A stretch of 64,000 nt of DNA from Iphione sp. A-MEVVRFRX5. Its lineage: Eukaryota. The notes beneath the pieces are model-generated. The model saw nothing but the letters and a program-made list of their open reading frames with translations, searched no databases and was not told the DNA's origin. Each line of letters starts with the position of its first letter. Position 1 is the first letter of the stretch. The stretch spans positions 76,508,001-76,572,000 of the forward strand of contig OZ320314.1 of the NCBI GenBank assembly GCA_976226885.1. Direction: 5' to 3'. Positions 38,606 through 51,500 of the stretch are shown piece by piece. The translations under genes were made by a program, and so were the position numbers.

Positions 38606-40540
38606 TCATTCACTGGTCGTGGTGCCAGGACTGCCGCTGGCGGACGTGTCCTCGCCGCCTATGCTCTCGGGTCCGCCGCCCACAGGAGCTATGGAACCCG
38701 TTCCCGGTACCGAGGTGACCGGCGCCATAGGGTGAGGTGACGGCGCCAGCGTGTAGTCGAGCGCGTTCGTGTCCGGATTGTCCTTGTGACGAAGCAGGTG
38801 ATTGCGCAGGTAGACGGGCTTGTGAAACTTCTGGCCGCAGATGGTGCACTCGTGCCGCTTAGGCGGCTCGCGTCCCTTGTGGATCTTCTGGTAGTGCACC
38901 TTCATGTTGTGCCGGTACGTGAAGGTCTTGTGGCAAGCAGGGCAAGGGTACGTAGGGCGCTGGTAGTTTTTGTCGTGCAAGGGGATGTGCTCGCGGAGGC
39001 GCTGAGAGCTCTTATAGAATTTGCCACACACGGGGCAGCAGTAGGCGTCGGCGCTGGGCGAAATGATAAGATTGGACGTCTTCTCAGCGGTCAGCCCAGG
39101 GCCGACGGCGTGGGTTGTCATCATGTGTTCCTGTAGCGCGTCAGCGTTAGAGAACCCGGCGAAGCAGGCCGAGCACTTGTAGAACTGGTCGTCGTAGTCT
39201 TCCTCCATTCCTTCGGGCACGCTGCCTGGTGGTCGAGGCGGCCAGCCCGGCATGTCCTTGGCCGTGGACCGTGCTCCTCCACCACAAGCAGTTCCCCCGC
39301 CGGACCCACCGCCGCCGACACTGCGGTCTTTGGGTGGCATGATGGGGGTAGTAGTATAGGTCTTGGATGGTTCGGGCGTGTAACGTTCCTTGTCGCCGTC
39401 AGTATCGCCGAGCACGCCAGCCAGCGCCTTACTCTGTGTGTCTTGGATGCGCCCCTCAAGCAGCGCCAACTCGACGGCCGCTAGGCGGTAGTTCTGTGAC
39501 ATGAACGGCGGTCGCAGCGCCATCTCGGGGTCGGGCGCGGGCGAATTTTGCGAGGTGCGAAAATGCGGTCCGTACGGGAGACCAGACCCCAACAACTGGG
39601 CTGATATCATACCCTCGGCCGTCATGCCCATCTTAGGGTCGGCGTACTTGGCATTGTCACGCATGGAGGGCGTCTTGTTGGCAAGAGCTTGCGTCATTGC
39701 TTGTAGTGGATTTATGCTCGGCTTGGCGCCGCCACTGGTCGTCGAGCCATTGTGCTCGCCATAGCTGGGTAGCGGTTTCAGGTCCCCGGTGACACCGTCG
39801 TCGGTGGCTCGACTCGACGGTCGGCCGTTCTTGCCGCTCAGGTCTTCAATGTTTCCGCCTCCCGAGCGCGGTAGGCGTGGAGAACCGGGACCCTGGGAGG
39901 TCTCGTCCTCGGACACGGCAATGGCCAGCGTGTTGTCGCCGTCGTCGGCGTCGCGGTAGGATTCAGCGTCCTCCTTAGCGCCGTCGTACTTTTCAAGGCG
40001 TGGAGGATCAAGTTCCTTCTTCAGGTTGAGCGGCGTGTCTTCGCGCGGCGGCGGTTCGAGTGGGTTGGCTGAGCGACGACCGCCATGGCCGCTCTGTCCC
40101 TCCAGCTGCTGCATGTGAGCAGCCATCTGCTGGGCGAGATGAGCGCCTGCCACCATCTGGTGGTTCAACGTGGCCGCCCACTGCGCATAGGCGATCTGCC
40201 GCTGCTGCATCTCCTCGTAGATTTTGAGATGGTTCTCCTCGGTTGACTGACCCGTCAGGCCGAAGGCCTTCTGCAAGTCCACCTTCGACACGGGCCCATT
40301 ACGCATCGACTTCTGAGCTTGCACTTGCAGGCAGAACTCTTCGAGCACGAGATGAGCCTTCTTCATACACTCCCATTCTCCTTGTAACATACAGATGCCG
40401 TGCGATGGTTGCACGCACAATACCCCGGCCCGCTCTTGCAATGTTTGAAACAAGGCATCTCTGCGCCCCTCTAATGTCTCAACCACTTTGGGCGACAGCA
40501 GTGCTGTCATAACGGAGAACATCTTGCCCGGTGGCACAAC
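38606..40540 (-). CDS. Large terminal exon of a C2H2 zinc-finger protein (4 fingers) with an N-terminal alpha/beta domain
   Basis: Acceptor tttacttccag (40543-40541), phase 0, first Met at 40522. Fingers: CSACFAGFSNADALQEHMMTTH, CPVCGKFYKSSQRLREHIPLH, CPACHKTFTYRHNMKVHYQKIH, CTICGQKFHKPVYLRNHLLRH. Open for >640 codons with coding-like GC content. Confidence 0.9.
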   Translation of the reverse strand, partial: VVPPGKMFSVMTALLSPKVVETLEGRRDALFQTLQERAGVLCVQPSHGICMLQGEWECMKKAHLVLEEFCLQVQAQKSMRNGPVSKVDLQKAFGLTGQSTEENHLKIYEEMQQRQIAYAQWAATLNHQMVAGAHLAQQMAAHMQQLEGQSGHGGRRSANPLEPPPREDTPLNLKKELDPPRLEKYDGAKEDAESYRDADDGDNTLAIAVSEDETSQGPGSPRLPRSGGGNIEDLSGKNGRPSSRATDDGVTGDLKPLPSYGEHNGSTTSGGAKPSINPLQAMTQALANKTPSMRDNAKYADPKMGMTAEGMISAQLLGSGLPYGPHFRTSQNSPAPDPEMALRPPFMSQNYRLAAVELALLEGRIQDTQSKALAGVLGDTDGDKERYTPEPSKTYTTTPIMPPKDRSVGGGGSGGGTACGGGARSTAKDMPGWPPRPPGSVPEGMEEDYDDQFYKCSACFAGFSNADALQEHMMTTHAVGPGLTAEKTSNLIISPSADAYCCPVCGKFYKSSQRLREHIPLHDKNYQRPTYPCPACHKTFTYRHNMKVHYQKIHKGREPPKRHECTICGQKFHKPVYLRNHLLRHKDNPDTNALDYTLAPSPHPMAPVTSVPGTGSIAPVGGGPESIGGEDTSASGSPGTTTSE

Positions 40541-43500
40541 CTGGAAGTAAATGCAAGACGATGTACATGTATTGTCAACATCTGTAGTAATGTACATGTA
40601 CATTTATATGAGCTGTTAATGAAGGTTCACATTTGTATTAAACAAAATGGTGGTCCGTCATAAACTAAACTCGCAATACATCAAAATACTAGGATAACAT
40701 AGAAATACGCGACAAATCCCATCGTTTTGTAAGCAGAACAACAATGAACATGAGAATATTACATTTCTAACAGCTTACGCAGTGCATTTGAAAAATGATC
40801 CCATTGAATTATTTTCGAAAATTGTATTTTGGGCTTAATATTTTTTCAGTTTAGAATCCCATCTAACATAATTCGTATCTAACGACTGTACCGCTCATTG
40901 ATCGACTATTACAAACATCTAGCAACCAAATGATGTTAAATACAGCTGAGATAGCTTGTTCAGCTGTTAGTGTATGCTATAAGTTAATAGTTAATGAATT
41001 TCTTTAAACCATTTCTCATCAAAGGCTAAAAATCGGCGGGAACCACTTTGTTTCAATATTTCCGATAAATACCGATGGGATAGAGACGGAGCACGATTTC
41101 GACATTATGTACTGAATAAAATCATTAACCATTGAGAAGTTATGACGTATAGCCGAATACATTTCGTCTACTTTCAACAAGGAAACATCATTCTTGGCAT
41201 GCAATAAGGTATATTTTCGAAAATGACATCCTTTCCGTACTTAGCATTTAGGATATATTCGTGCGGCAAAGATCAAGGATATAGGCATGAATGACTGCTT
41301 TTGTAAATGCTTCCTCTGGACCGATAAGGCGATGTACGTTAAATTCCTGTTTCAGAAGGTCTTGTCTGAACATGAACATCCTAAATGCTTTTCATTTCAA
41401 ACAACATGATGAATATTCAATTAAGATAAACAATAACAATCATATGCACGATATACAAACAGGCACAAAGGGAATGTGGCAGATATAGATCGTGATGACC
41501 ACGTTCAACAACCTCGCATGCAAATCAGAGTCAGAAATCTGTGTAATGCTATCTTCACGAGTCGCCCCACCGGTCGCTGGCTGTGCCCTGGTCGGTGGGC
41601 ACAAAGAACTCGACACAAAACAAGACGTGCGACAGGCAGTTGAACCCTAACCTTCTCGTGACAGCACCGTTTACGGGGGTCATAACTCACCATTATTAAG
41701 TCTTAACATGTAACCAGCCAGCCTGTGTTCACCTTGCGGTACAAAGCGTGTGCCATGCACGCACCAATGCACGTTGCGTGATCGCCTGCCGAGTAACTGT
41801 TCTCACCGTGTTCGTTATCTCCCAAGTGTGCCTCGTTAGAAATTGGGTCAGACGTTTCACGGCCGTCGTCAGACGGGACCGCATGTCACGGCAACCCAAC
41901 ATGCCATTGTCTCACTCTCACACACGCCCGTCTTCCTCCCCGCGCTGAGCTTACTCCGGTAACGGGCCACCTCTTAGACAAGACATGCCTTGTAACAACC
42001 AAGCCGCCGAGTCAACTCAGCAAAATGATTTAGGTTAATGGCTAGACTCACGGCCGCGGCTAAGGAGACCGTTTGGTCGATAGTTTTTGGCGGCAGCAGC
42101 GGCACATGGTTCACGCATAGACGGCGGTTGCTGATCAAAAGCCTCGGGCAGCATCACTGGCGCTTGACAAGGTCCTACTCGGCGGTGTTCCCTCGCTAAA
42201 ATCAACCACAGAAAGAGAGGAGGGGCGGCTTTGTAATGGCATTAAACAGCCAATAAACCTGCCCTAGTATATGCATAGCTCATGTATAATGCCATGTTAG
42301 TATGTTGTGACTAGCGGTGACTGGAATCCATGACAAACCATTGTGATACTTTGTCATTCCGCATTCGGAGCATTGTGTTTCGCTCCCGTATTATCGCTCA
42401 GCAGCAAAATTTGCTTATCCTGTTCGGCGCTCGCCTGACATTTTGCAACGGTGATAGGGCTCGTTCGGGAGCTTGTGGGAAGACAAAACATTGTACTTAC
42501 CATTTGACTGCCTCTAAGTTCAATTCCCTACACATTAACGGCCCCAGTGCGACATTTTGCTACATCCTCCTTTGTCTGCCTAGCGCTGAGATGCATGACA
42601 TGTTTGCACTTGTTGACCCGACGGTATAGTGAGTGTGGTGCGCGCGGCGCTCGGCGGCTAACTACCTGTTCTAGCGATTCGCGCCACTGTGGCTAACAAA
42701 GGTAGTCTCCTCCATACATGATGCGCACATGGGCACATGCCTCCCGACCCACATCCTGCTGGGGCGGCCGCCGACTGGCCCTATGAGCAGTCAGGTTCAG
42801 TGGAGGGGAACGAAGGGGGCAGACAGCACACACCGGTGAGACATGTTGATGAGCAGGGCTCAACTGGACAAAGGCCAGAGGGTTGTGACATCGGTCACCA
42901 CCCTACTCTGACACGGTGACCTCTGCAGCCGGCAGCCACTGGGCAGACGGCCGCCCTCTGTGTCCACTCTACCCCAACCATGCTGGGGGCTCAAAATAGG
43001 TCCCAACCTCTGACCAAACCATTAAAAATTCACTACCCCTAGGGATCGCAAATTTAGGATGAAACTCAACCAAGTGGTTTGGCCCTGACGGTAAGAATGT
43101 TCTTCGAATGTTTGGGCGATAAGAATGATGAGATGAAAGTTTATTTTCCTAAATGAAATATTCTCTCCTCGAGGTCATCTTGAGCACGTGGATAGTGATC
43201 AGAACAGTTGTCCGACAGCCTCTCGGCCAGCACCCGTCCGTGGTGCGTCTGCATGACCCTTGTCGTCTGAGTTCTTATTTTAGCCATGTCTGCCATTACC
43301 ATGACACTGAATCTGAAATTAGGCCCCGCGTCTCAGTGGCTGCCCTCAGACATTGGCGGTCTAGACTCGTCTCCCGAAATAAAAGATGTCCAATAAAACG
43401 GCATGCAAACAACTTTAAACATCTGAGCTTAGTCAGTCACCTGGCGCTAAAACTCACCTGGCTAGATGTTGGCGTTCAAATAGATGGGGTACTTGGACGT

Positions 43501-46500
43501 AAATTGGTATGAATTTGAGAATCCTTATTTTAAGTCTATGGGGGTAGACACGACGGGCAGGTAGAATTTCAAATCGCTAGCAATAAGTGACAAAGCCTTA
43601 TATTTGCAAGACCGTAACACCTATATATCCTAGTGAATACAATGTAAACGATACACATATATTCACATGTGCGATTTTATAAATAGTACGACCAACATTT
43701 GTACCCATACACACAATTATTCATTATGAGGAAATGGCATCGTTTGCCGTAAAATCATCGTGTAAGCATGCTATACACAGTTTTCCATTCGAGACAAAAT
43801 GTCTCAGAATCACTGATACTGTAGGCATCTGATATTTAACATGGATCATACCTTAAGGACAAAGGAAGTATCAAGTATGTGTAAATGCGGTGACGTCTGA
43901 GTAGAACTGTTCGTCGACTAAAACTATGCTCAGTAGTAAAATATACGTTCATGGTTCCCACAAATTTAGGAATGAGAACCAAGTCACACGACACTTTGCA
44001 AACAGCTGTTGCAGGTATTTTGTAAAAAGACGAGAAGGGACTGTTCCTGCATGCATGGATGCCTTTTCTAATCGTGAGCTTCGCCAAGCAATCATGACCA
44101 TAGGTCGTGGCCAAGTTCATCGACTCTTTGTTGTGCGAGAGAGATTTGTCAACATTCCGTTAGGTGTGTCCCATGTGCTTCCCTTAGTGCCACTTCCTGT
44201 CGGTTGTTTGTCTCCAAAGACAGAAAGGTGCGCGCCCTCAGCAGTAAGACACTACAGGTCCTTTATGTACATTAGGGATGAACTGCTGGCCCAAGTGTTG
44301 ACTACATGAGCCAACGTGCACACCCAGTCATGTCATGACAGCGACGGAGAACGTTAGTCTATAAATGTTTTGAATTTTCAGACAAAGACCTCACACACGT
44401 TGACATTGCCCTCCTTTATGTATAAAGGTCTAACTCATGCAGGTAAAGGAAAAGCATTTTTAATGGGTTCACACACATTGGCAAACTTGTTGGAAATCGC
44501 TCCAAGGAAGTTCGGGGACGCCATTATGCCTAAATTATACCCTTCCTCCAATCATGCGTTTGAATCCGACTATTCGGCAGACGGAGGGCTTGTTCTTTGT
44601 TAGCAGGTTATTTTCGTGGTCAGGGTTGGTTATGTATGCAGAACACAGTTCACCACATGAAGTCCAGGTGTTCCAAACAATTACGTGTGATCAGTGAGTG
44701 GTTTTTATTCCCAGCGGGAGAAAAAGATGTTTAGACATACTCATAAAAAGACAAGCAGGAAGATGGAATGGTGTGATTGTGGAGGAGGGTAGAGGGGGAT
44801 GAATTATAGCTTGGTGGGAGTATGAGGAAGACCTGGTGCGACCTGCTGTTGAACATGTCTACTCCACTCGCTGCACACAATAATATGTCATATGGGACAG
44901 TCCCCGAGGCGACCGTTTTAAGGGCTGTAGATGAACAAAGACTGACTTCTTATACGCTTAATAGATAAATGTTTATTCACAAGGATATGTAGACCTGGGA
45001 TATCTAGTCGTGAACCGTCACAGTTCTGCACGCGATCACAATTAATGGCATAGTCTTTCTTTGGTTGCTCCAGTATATAGAGGGGCACACCTTGACAAGC
45101 CTTTTGTTAATCCGCCCCATGTGGAGCAAACCGACGCGATGAAATATATTCAAAGCCTTATCTCACCAATTTTAAGTAACGTGGACACGTTCGAAGCTAC
45201 GTGTGGATGTTCTTGATCATGTCATTTTTTGATAGACAAGAAAACTGAAAAGTGTAATCCACTAAATGTTTGCGCCACAATTACCAGTGCTCAACTGAGG
45301 TTTTGTGGAAAATTTCCTTTTACACGCAATGCCACGCGCATGGCGACCACACGATGTGCCTTTTTAACTACGATTAATTGTCTCGTCACACCAAGAGAGA
45401 GAGAGCCTTGTAATTATGTTGATTAAAATGATTATTAGTAGCATGTGGCACGGCCTACAACATATGGATTTGTTTCCGTGACGGCCAGAGAGTTGATGCT
45501 ACGTCTGAAGTTAGATCACTGTGATTTCAGTGGATTTTTTTACTACTTTTATGTCTATAGCATGAAAAGGCTTTTGTATTGGGGCATCCAGGCATGTAAC
45601 CTTTGAGGGCCGCGTGTTAAACCGCCATGTTGTTTACTTTAAACTCAACGATCGTTCATGTAAATGGAGACACACCATGATCGGTAGTTCTTTCCTAGAT
45701 CCGGCTTGTCTGCTTTGTCGTCCCCCGGGCAGACCATAGAATCTTGAAGTAAATATGTGCGGCAATTCTTTTCAGCGACCTAACATAAAAACTGGACGCA
45801 GTTGACCCCTTTGTCAGAACAAGTCATCCATGTCTATGCTACCACAGAATGCTGAACTGTCTTTGCCTGCATAGGAAGATGGAGGTGGGGGATGTTAACG
45901 AAGAAACCCAGTTGAAATTTGATATGGAGCACTAGCTAAGAGTAATGATGATCTACACAGGCAATTTTTAAAGGCACATACTATATATTTCCTTTTTTTT
46001 CAAACCTCTCAATACATTTGGCATATTTTTCATCTGAGAAAATTCAGTGTTGCAGCCTCGTCCCCACTGGAATGTGACATTTAACTGCCATTTAGAGGTC
46101 CCTTATCTGACCCTTGACGGGTACATATCAGGTTATGGCTGAATTGAATGAATAGAGTAAGCACAAGGGGAATACGCGCATGCGGGTAACATGGCAAGCA
46201 CATGAAAAGAGGCACTCTTTGCGCCCTACGCCCTTAAGCCCCTCTCTTTCCCGCTGCCCCTTCAGTCAGTCTACAGCTTTGTTCTTTACATTTTTCATGA
46301 AAAGGACCATCTGCCTGTCATGCCACACCTATAGAGGTGCTTTACATTGAAAGCAAAATGGTAGTCCATGCACAGTGTAATCATTCACTAGTAACTATAC
46401 CAGCGATGTTATGTGAACCATTAAGTGATGTGTCGAAAGTCACTCTGTGGCAGCAGTTACATGTACATGTATATGCCATATGACACATTCCCCTTCCAGA

Positions 46501-48539
46501 CATAACTCCGTTAACATACACAGGTGTATTCGAGCATGTATTTCATGAAAATCGTATGGACACTCCTTATTCCACGCTTCGATATATGTGGTTGGCGTCA
46601 TTGGGTGTTCCCTGCCTACTCGATGTTGCACGATTTAAAAAATACATGTACATATATCATCCTGAAGCAAATGCGCCTATTCGCAGAAAAAAGTGTCCTG
46701 TTTACTTGCTTATATTGACGAGTATAGCGACCTCCTTTGTTCATATTCAACTATACAATAAATGTAGTCCATCATTGTAATAGAAATGAGGGCAACAAAG
46801 CAAAGAGAAACGAAGCATGTGAAAACCTCGCCCACCGCATTCCCAAACAGCCTACTCTCGATAGAATATCTTAAGGTAAACCAACGAATAAACACCGAAA
46901 TGTTTTTCTTCAGAATCAAAATTAAAGTCAGGGATCGGTGAGGGTAATGTCTCCTCTTAATTGAGAGATAGGACAACAGGTCCTCATGATATGTTACTGA
47001 ACCACCGAGCGTCATTGAAACCAGATGTGTTGGTACAGAATGGTGAAGCACCAGGCACCGAACCCCTCCTGCCCCCATAAAAAATAAGCTTGAATAAACC
47101 TTTTAGAGTATGAAACTTTACCAAACGTGCCCATCAAAATGTACGTGCATGTATACGGGATCTGCAAGGAGGAATACCTGATCTATGCATGTGTTACGCG
47201 TATTACCTAATGGAAAAACAACTTTGTAAATAGATTCGACAATAACGGTAAAGTCATGTCAAATAGGTTACTATAAAGTAAAGCATGGTAAAAATCGTAC
47301 ACATTTAAGACCGTACCAGCCCGGGCGGAGTAACTCTGTGATCCCCGGATGTGTGCACATATAAAATTCTTAGAAGGGGGTCTATTTTGGGGGTAAATGG
47401 TGGACACAGTAGTGCTGGCCATTTTGGGTCTGCTTGGTCGATGTTGCTCAATATAAACCATGGACGTTCTGTCTTGATGTCTGGACATAAATCTAATAGA
47501 ATAGCATTCCTTATGGAGACACTGGCAGCATTGCTACCTGTTGATTCTGGGTTCACATCGGGATTATTTAACCATAGTTTTGAATATATTTCCAGCCCAG
47601 ACTTGATGACTTGGTGACGTTAAATTTATAAAATAAATGGAAATGGTGAAATTTTCGATGGATGGATGGATGGATGTAGGCCAGCTTCAAGTTGATCAAG
47701 TGATATGCGGAATATTTGACTGTATAGATGGATTCAGGAATAGCAGGGCACATAGTTGATGATAAGACGAGGGCATGTGAGCAGATGTCCGAGGCTAGAA
47801 GGCACGAACTGGTAATTGTACATGTATATGATATTTACCTTCATATACATATATGTACTCATGTCATACGCTTCTATAAACTGGAATAAAAGATGGATGG
47901 CACTACAGCCTGTTATTTAATGCATGTACGCGTACAATTCATCGTTATGGGTATATATTCCACGCCCACTTTTCGACACAAGATTGACTTTTAACATTTT
48001 GGTGCACATGACTACTAAATATTTATATATATAAAACGCACAATTTTTTTAATCTAATGTAAATATTGATATCGTTGTTTCTTTAGTTATGGATCAATTT
48101 CTACAATACAAGTAAAGTACAGGGGCCAGTAACTGAAGTAACCGATCGCCGTCGAAGGGTTATCACCTTTAGGTATGACCAGACGCCAAGAAAGCTCCTA
48201 GAAAATCTGGTTACTACGAGAAGGTGTTTAATGCGCCACATCTATGTAAGACAATATATACATACACTTCTGATGCTTCTTATGTAATTAATAGTGTACC
48301 TTATCAGGCTGTCTTTGGCTCCTCTATACGACTGCTTCACTACATGTCCTCTATATTGGACGATTTCGCTGCCTCCTACATGCACATTACATCCACTATT
48401 TTATACAAGAAAAGAACAGTACGTGCTTGCTTACATGAGCTGATGACAATTATCTGCTATAAAAGTATTTCACCATACATTCCAGCTCAGCCTCGTTTCC
48501 CTCAAAACTGTTGGCCTTGCATGTGCATATCTACTCTTC

Positions 48540-48542
<3 letters not shown>

Positions 48543-48578
<36 letters not shown>
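48543..48578. repeat. (TA)n microsatellite
   Basis: Direct reading of the sequence. Confidence 0.95.
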
Positions 48579-48581
<3 letters not shown>

Positions 48582-51500
48582 GAATACTGCAGTGCAACCA
48601 GACTGTGAAGCGACCAAAACCCCTATTGCAGCAAATATGCCCCGAACCGACTTTTTTGCCTATGTTTACCATTAACAAATTAACTACAAGTGGCCAGACC
48701 ATAAAGCGGCCAAACCAGCCTGCAACCACACGTCTTAGGATGATATTCATACGAATCCAATGCCACAATGCGGCAAAAAGTGTTATGCTATCTTTCATGT
48801 ACACGTATTTTACTCAAATAGAAGCGGTGCCAGGAGTCCATGAAATACAAAGTCTCTATCTAGTGTAACCTACCCATCTGTGTATATTTTATGCACCATG
48901 GGCCTTGAAATACATATTGATTGCATGGGTACCAGTTTTCCTGCAGCCAGATCAATGTGCATGGTGCGTGATTAGTACATATCCTACCAAATAGTTTTCA
49001 ACCATCCCCCCTAGGGGCTGCTGTGTCTATTATCTTGGTCATGTACACATGGAAAGGCCTAGTCCTTATCGCGCGTGATCGTGCATAACTTTTAGATCCG
49101 AAACTGGAAATGTGCGTATTTTTCATGTACATGGAAAGACTGCCTTAGCACGACCACGATGTCCATTGCTCAAAGCATTGAAGTTTACAAATGCGGCCAC
49201 AGCTCCCATAACATCTCTGAACATACATGAAATGCAATTTCTTATAGTAAACCCTAACTGTTCAATACCTCCTATATGCATTTATTTCTATTAAGTCTTT
49301 CAGTATACATGTATTCATAAGGCATGTATTTATAACTTTATTTCCATTGAGTATGAGCTCAGGCCATAATGCGACCAAAACTGCTAATGTGACCATTTTG
49401 GCGAAGTAGGGACAAGTGGTTGCATTGTAGCATTCGACTGTACGTAATATCACCGACTACATTGCAAGTAAAGTGATCTATAGAAAATTAATTAAACAGT
49501 ATTTCTTCTGCAAAGGAAAGGTATGCATACAATATATTATACAATATATTCACATCCACGGGAGAAAAATCAAAGTTATGCATATGAGTACATGTATGAC
49601 TAAGTTTAACAGATACATGTGATATATTACAATTTCGTGCGCTTTCCTTATATTATATGAAAGAGATACCACTGTTGTAACTCAAACAAAGCTCGGTATA
49701 AAGTCCCTCTGCTATTTGTTTGCTCCTTTAAAAGGATTAACTTCGACGGTATTGTCCCAATTGTACAGCGGGCATCCCGAAGATGTTTTCCGAAGAATGC
49801 CCTATATAGGGGCATAAAGTCGCAATAGACAAGTCCTATAAAATACACCTCGAAGAAAACAGCCTACTGATACAAAATTATCTAGATTATACAGTTTGTA
49901 CAGGAGCATTGGTAGGATTTTTTTTCATACTGTAGGCGAAAAATGGAAAGAAACGTCCATATATAAACGTGTCTACAAACAGGTAAGAGTCCATCCCTTT
50001 ATCAATCGTCTACTTGCTCATGATTCCCATTATAGGATGACCTCTTTCTTTATATAACATGCGTTATCATGTTCAATGTAACTTTATCATTTATCATGTG
50101 ATGATATCCGGTGAGACCAAGTTGTTCAAACACTTGCTCTATAGACATCCTGTGTTTAAGTGCGTCCATAGAAGTCTGCCACTCGCCAAACATTCCCTTA
50201 TCCGGTGCTGCCACCTGATAGTAAAGAACTGATCCCAGAGCTTATTTGAGATTAATGACCAGATGAAGCATCATGTTCGGTTGGCTTTGACCTCTTTTCA
50301 GATATGGCCACAATACTCCTACAATATACAAATATGGTAAAGACTTCTTTGAGATCCATCGATGTCTTCGAAATAAATAAAACCTCAGACACATAGATAA
50401 TGTACTTGTACATGTATGTACATGTTTAAATGTATGATACTCTAGCGGGTGCGCTGTTGGATACATGCCTACACACTTCCATTTTTAAGGAATGATTTGA
50501 AATGAAACAATATTATCAAACCTTAGATTCAAAATAAAATTACTTTTACCTTTTATACGCCTGCTCGAACATAACGCGTCAAGGTCTTTACATCAAATTT
50601 CGAGTGGGTCACGAGACTTCACTGGCTTGCCCGTTTCAGCAGCTTTCTTGGAAATCATTCAAGAAGCCCTGCATTAAGCCGTTTCATTGGCATCATACAG
50701 AAACGGATTTAGACGTTACCCTCCATATTGAGGTACCATATACGGAGTTTGTTAACCACTCTTTTCATTATACATGAATATACACATGTTTACGTTAATT
50801 TGTGTCATAATAGCAGCATATTTTCAAAACAAATGATTCCAGTCACAGCTAGAATTGCATGGGCTAGCTCCTATAAGTAAGATAAGATCTGTGAAATCAT
50901 AGCGTTGTTGCAAAGCATAAGAGTGTGAGACTTAACATGGATGTTACAAAACTACATATGTAACCCCTTCTGGCAAAATGAGTCAGAAGTCAGAAAAAAT
51001 CATATTTGAGTTATATATTCCATGATAAAATGCTATTTCTTACCTTTCAAAGGAGGTATAGCATGTCTTCCTACCATAATTAGGCAAAATATAATGCACC
51101 GACAAAGTTATGTAGTGATGCGGTAAACCATAAAAAAGAAACCAAGATATTTGCATTTGCAGTTTTGGTACAACACTCTACCGCGGTCCCCTTAATAAAA
51201 ATAAAAATGAACTGTCTTGAAAAAAGTCTTTGTAAAACTTATTAGTAAACAACCACTTGTGGTTTTCGATTCTAGTCTAGTAACCAATCACACATTCAAA
51301 CATCGGCAGTAGAACAAGGTCATCTGGTCTTTTTTGGTTGACCACGACCTCCTTTAGCACGCTTATGTTGTGGCTTTGGTTGTGGCTTGGGTTCAAAGTC
51401 AGAGTCTTGGTCCGAGCTGGACCTCTCCATTTGCCTGAACATCTCCTCCTCCTCCTCTGAAGTGTTAGGGGTCCGGGCATGCCCACGGCCCCTACCACTG

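Noticed and set aside
40541-40603. N-terminal MYMYITT... of the 665-aa ORF
   Set aside because: It is upstream of a clear splice acceptor and made of TACATG repeats, so it is intronic.
47305-47556. IS4-like transposase fragment (ERPWFILSN)
   Set aside because: Only one short motif, with no other DDE features.
48224-48868. 214-aa ORF
   Set aside because: It runs through a (TA)n microsatellite (YIYIYI) and has no recognisable domain; a chance ORF.
50200-50260. BEACH-like DSKELIPEL motif
   Set aside because: An immediate stop follows and there are no flanking BEACH motifs.
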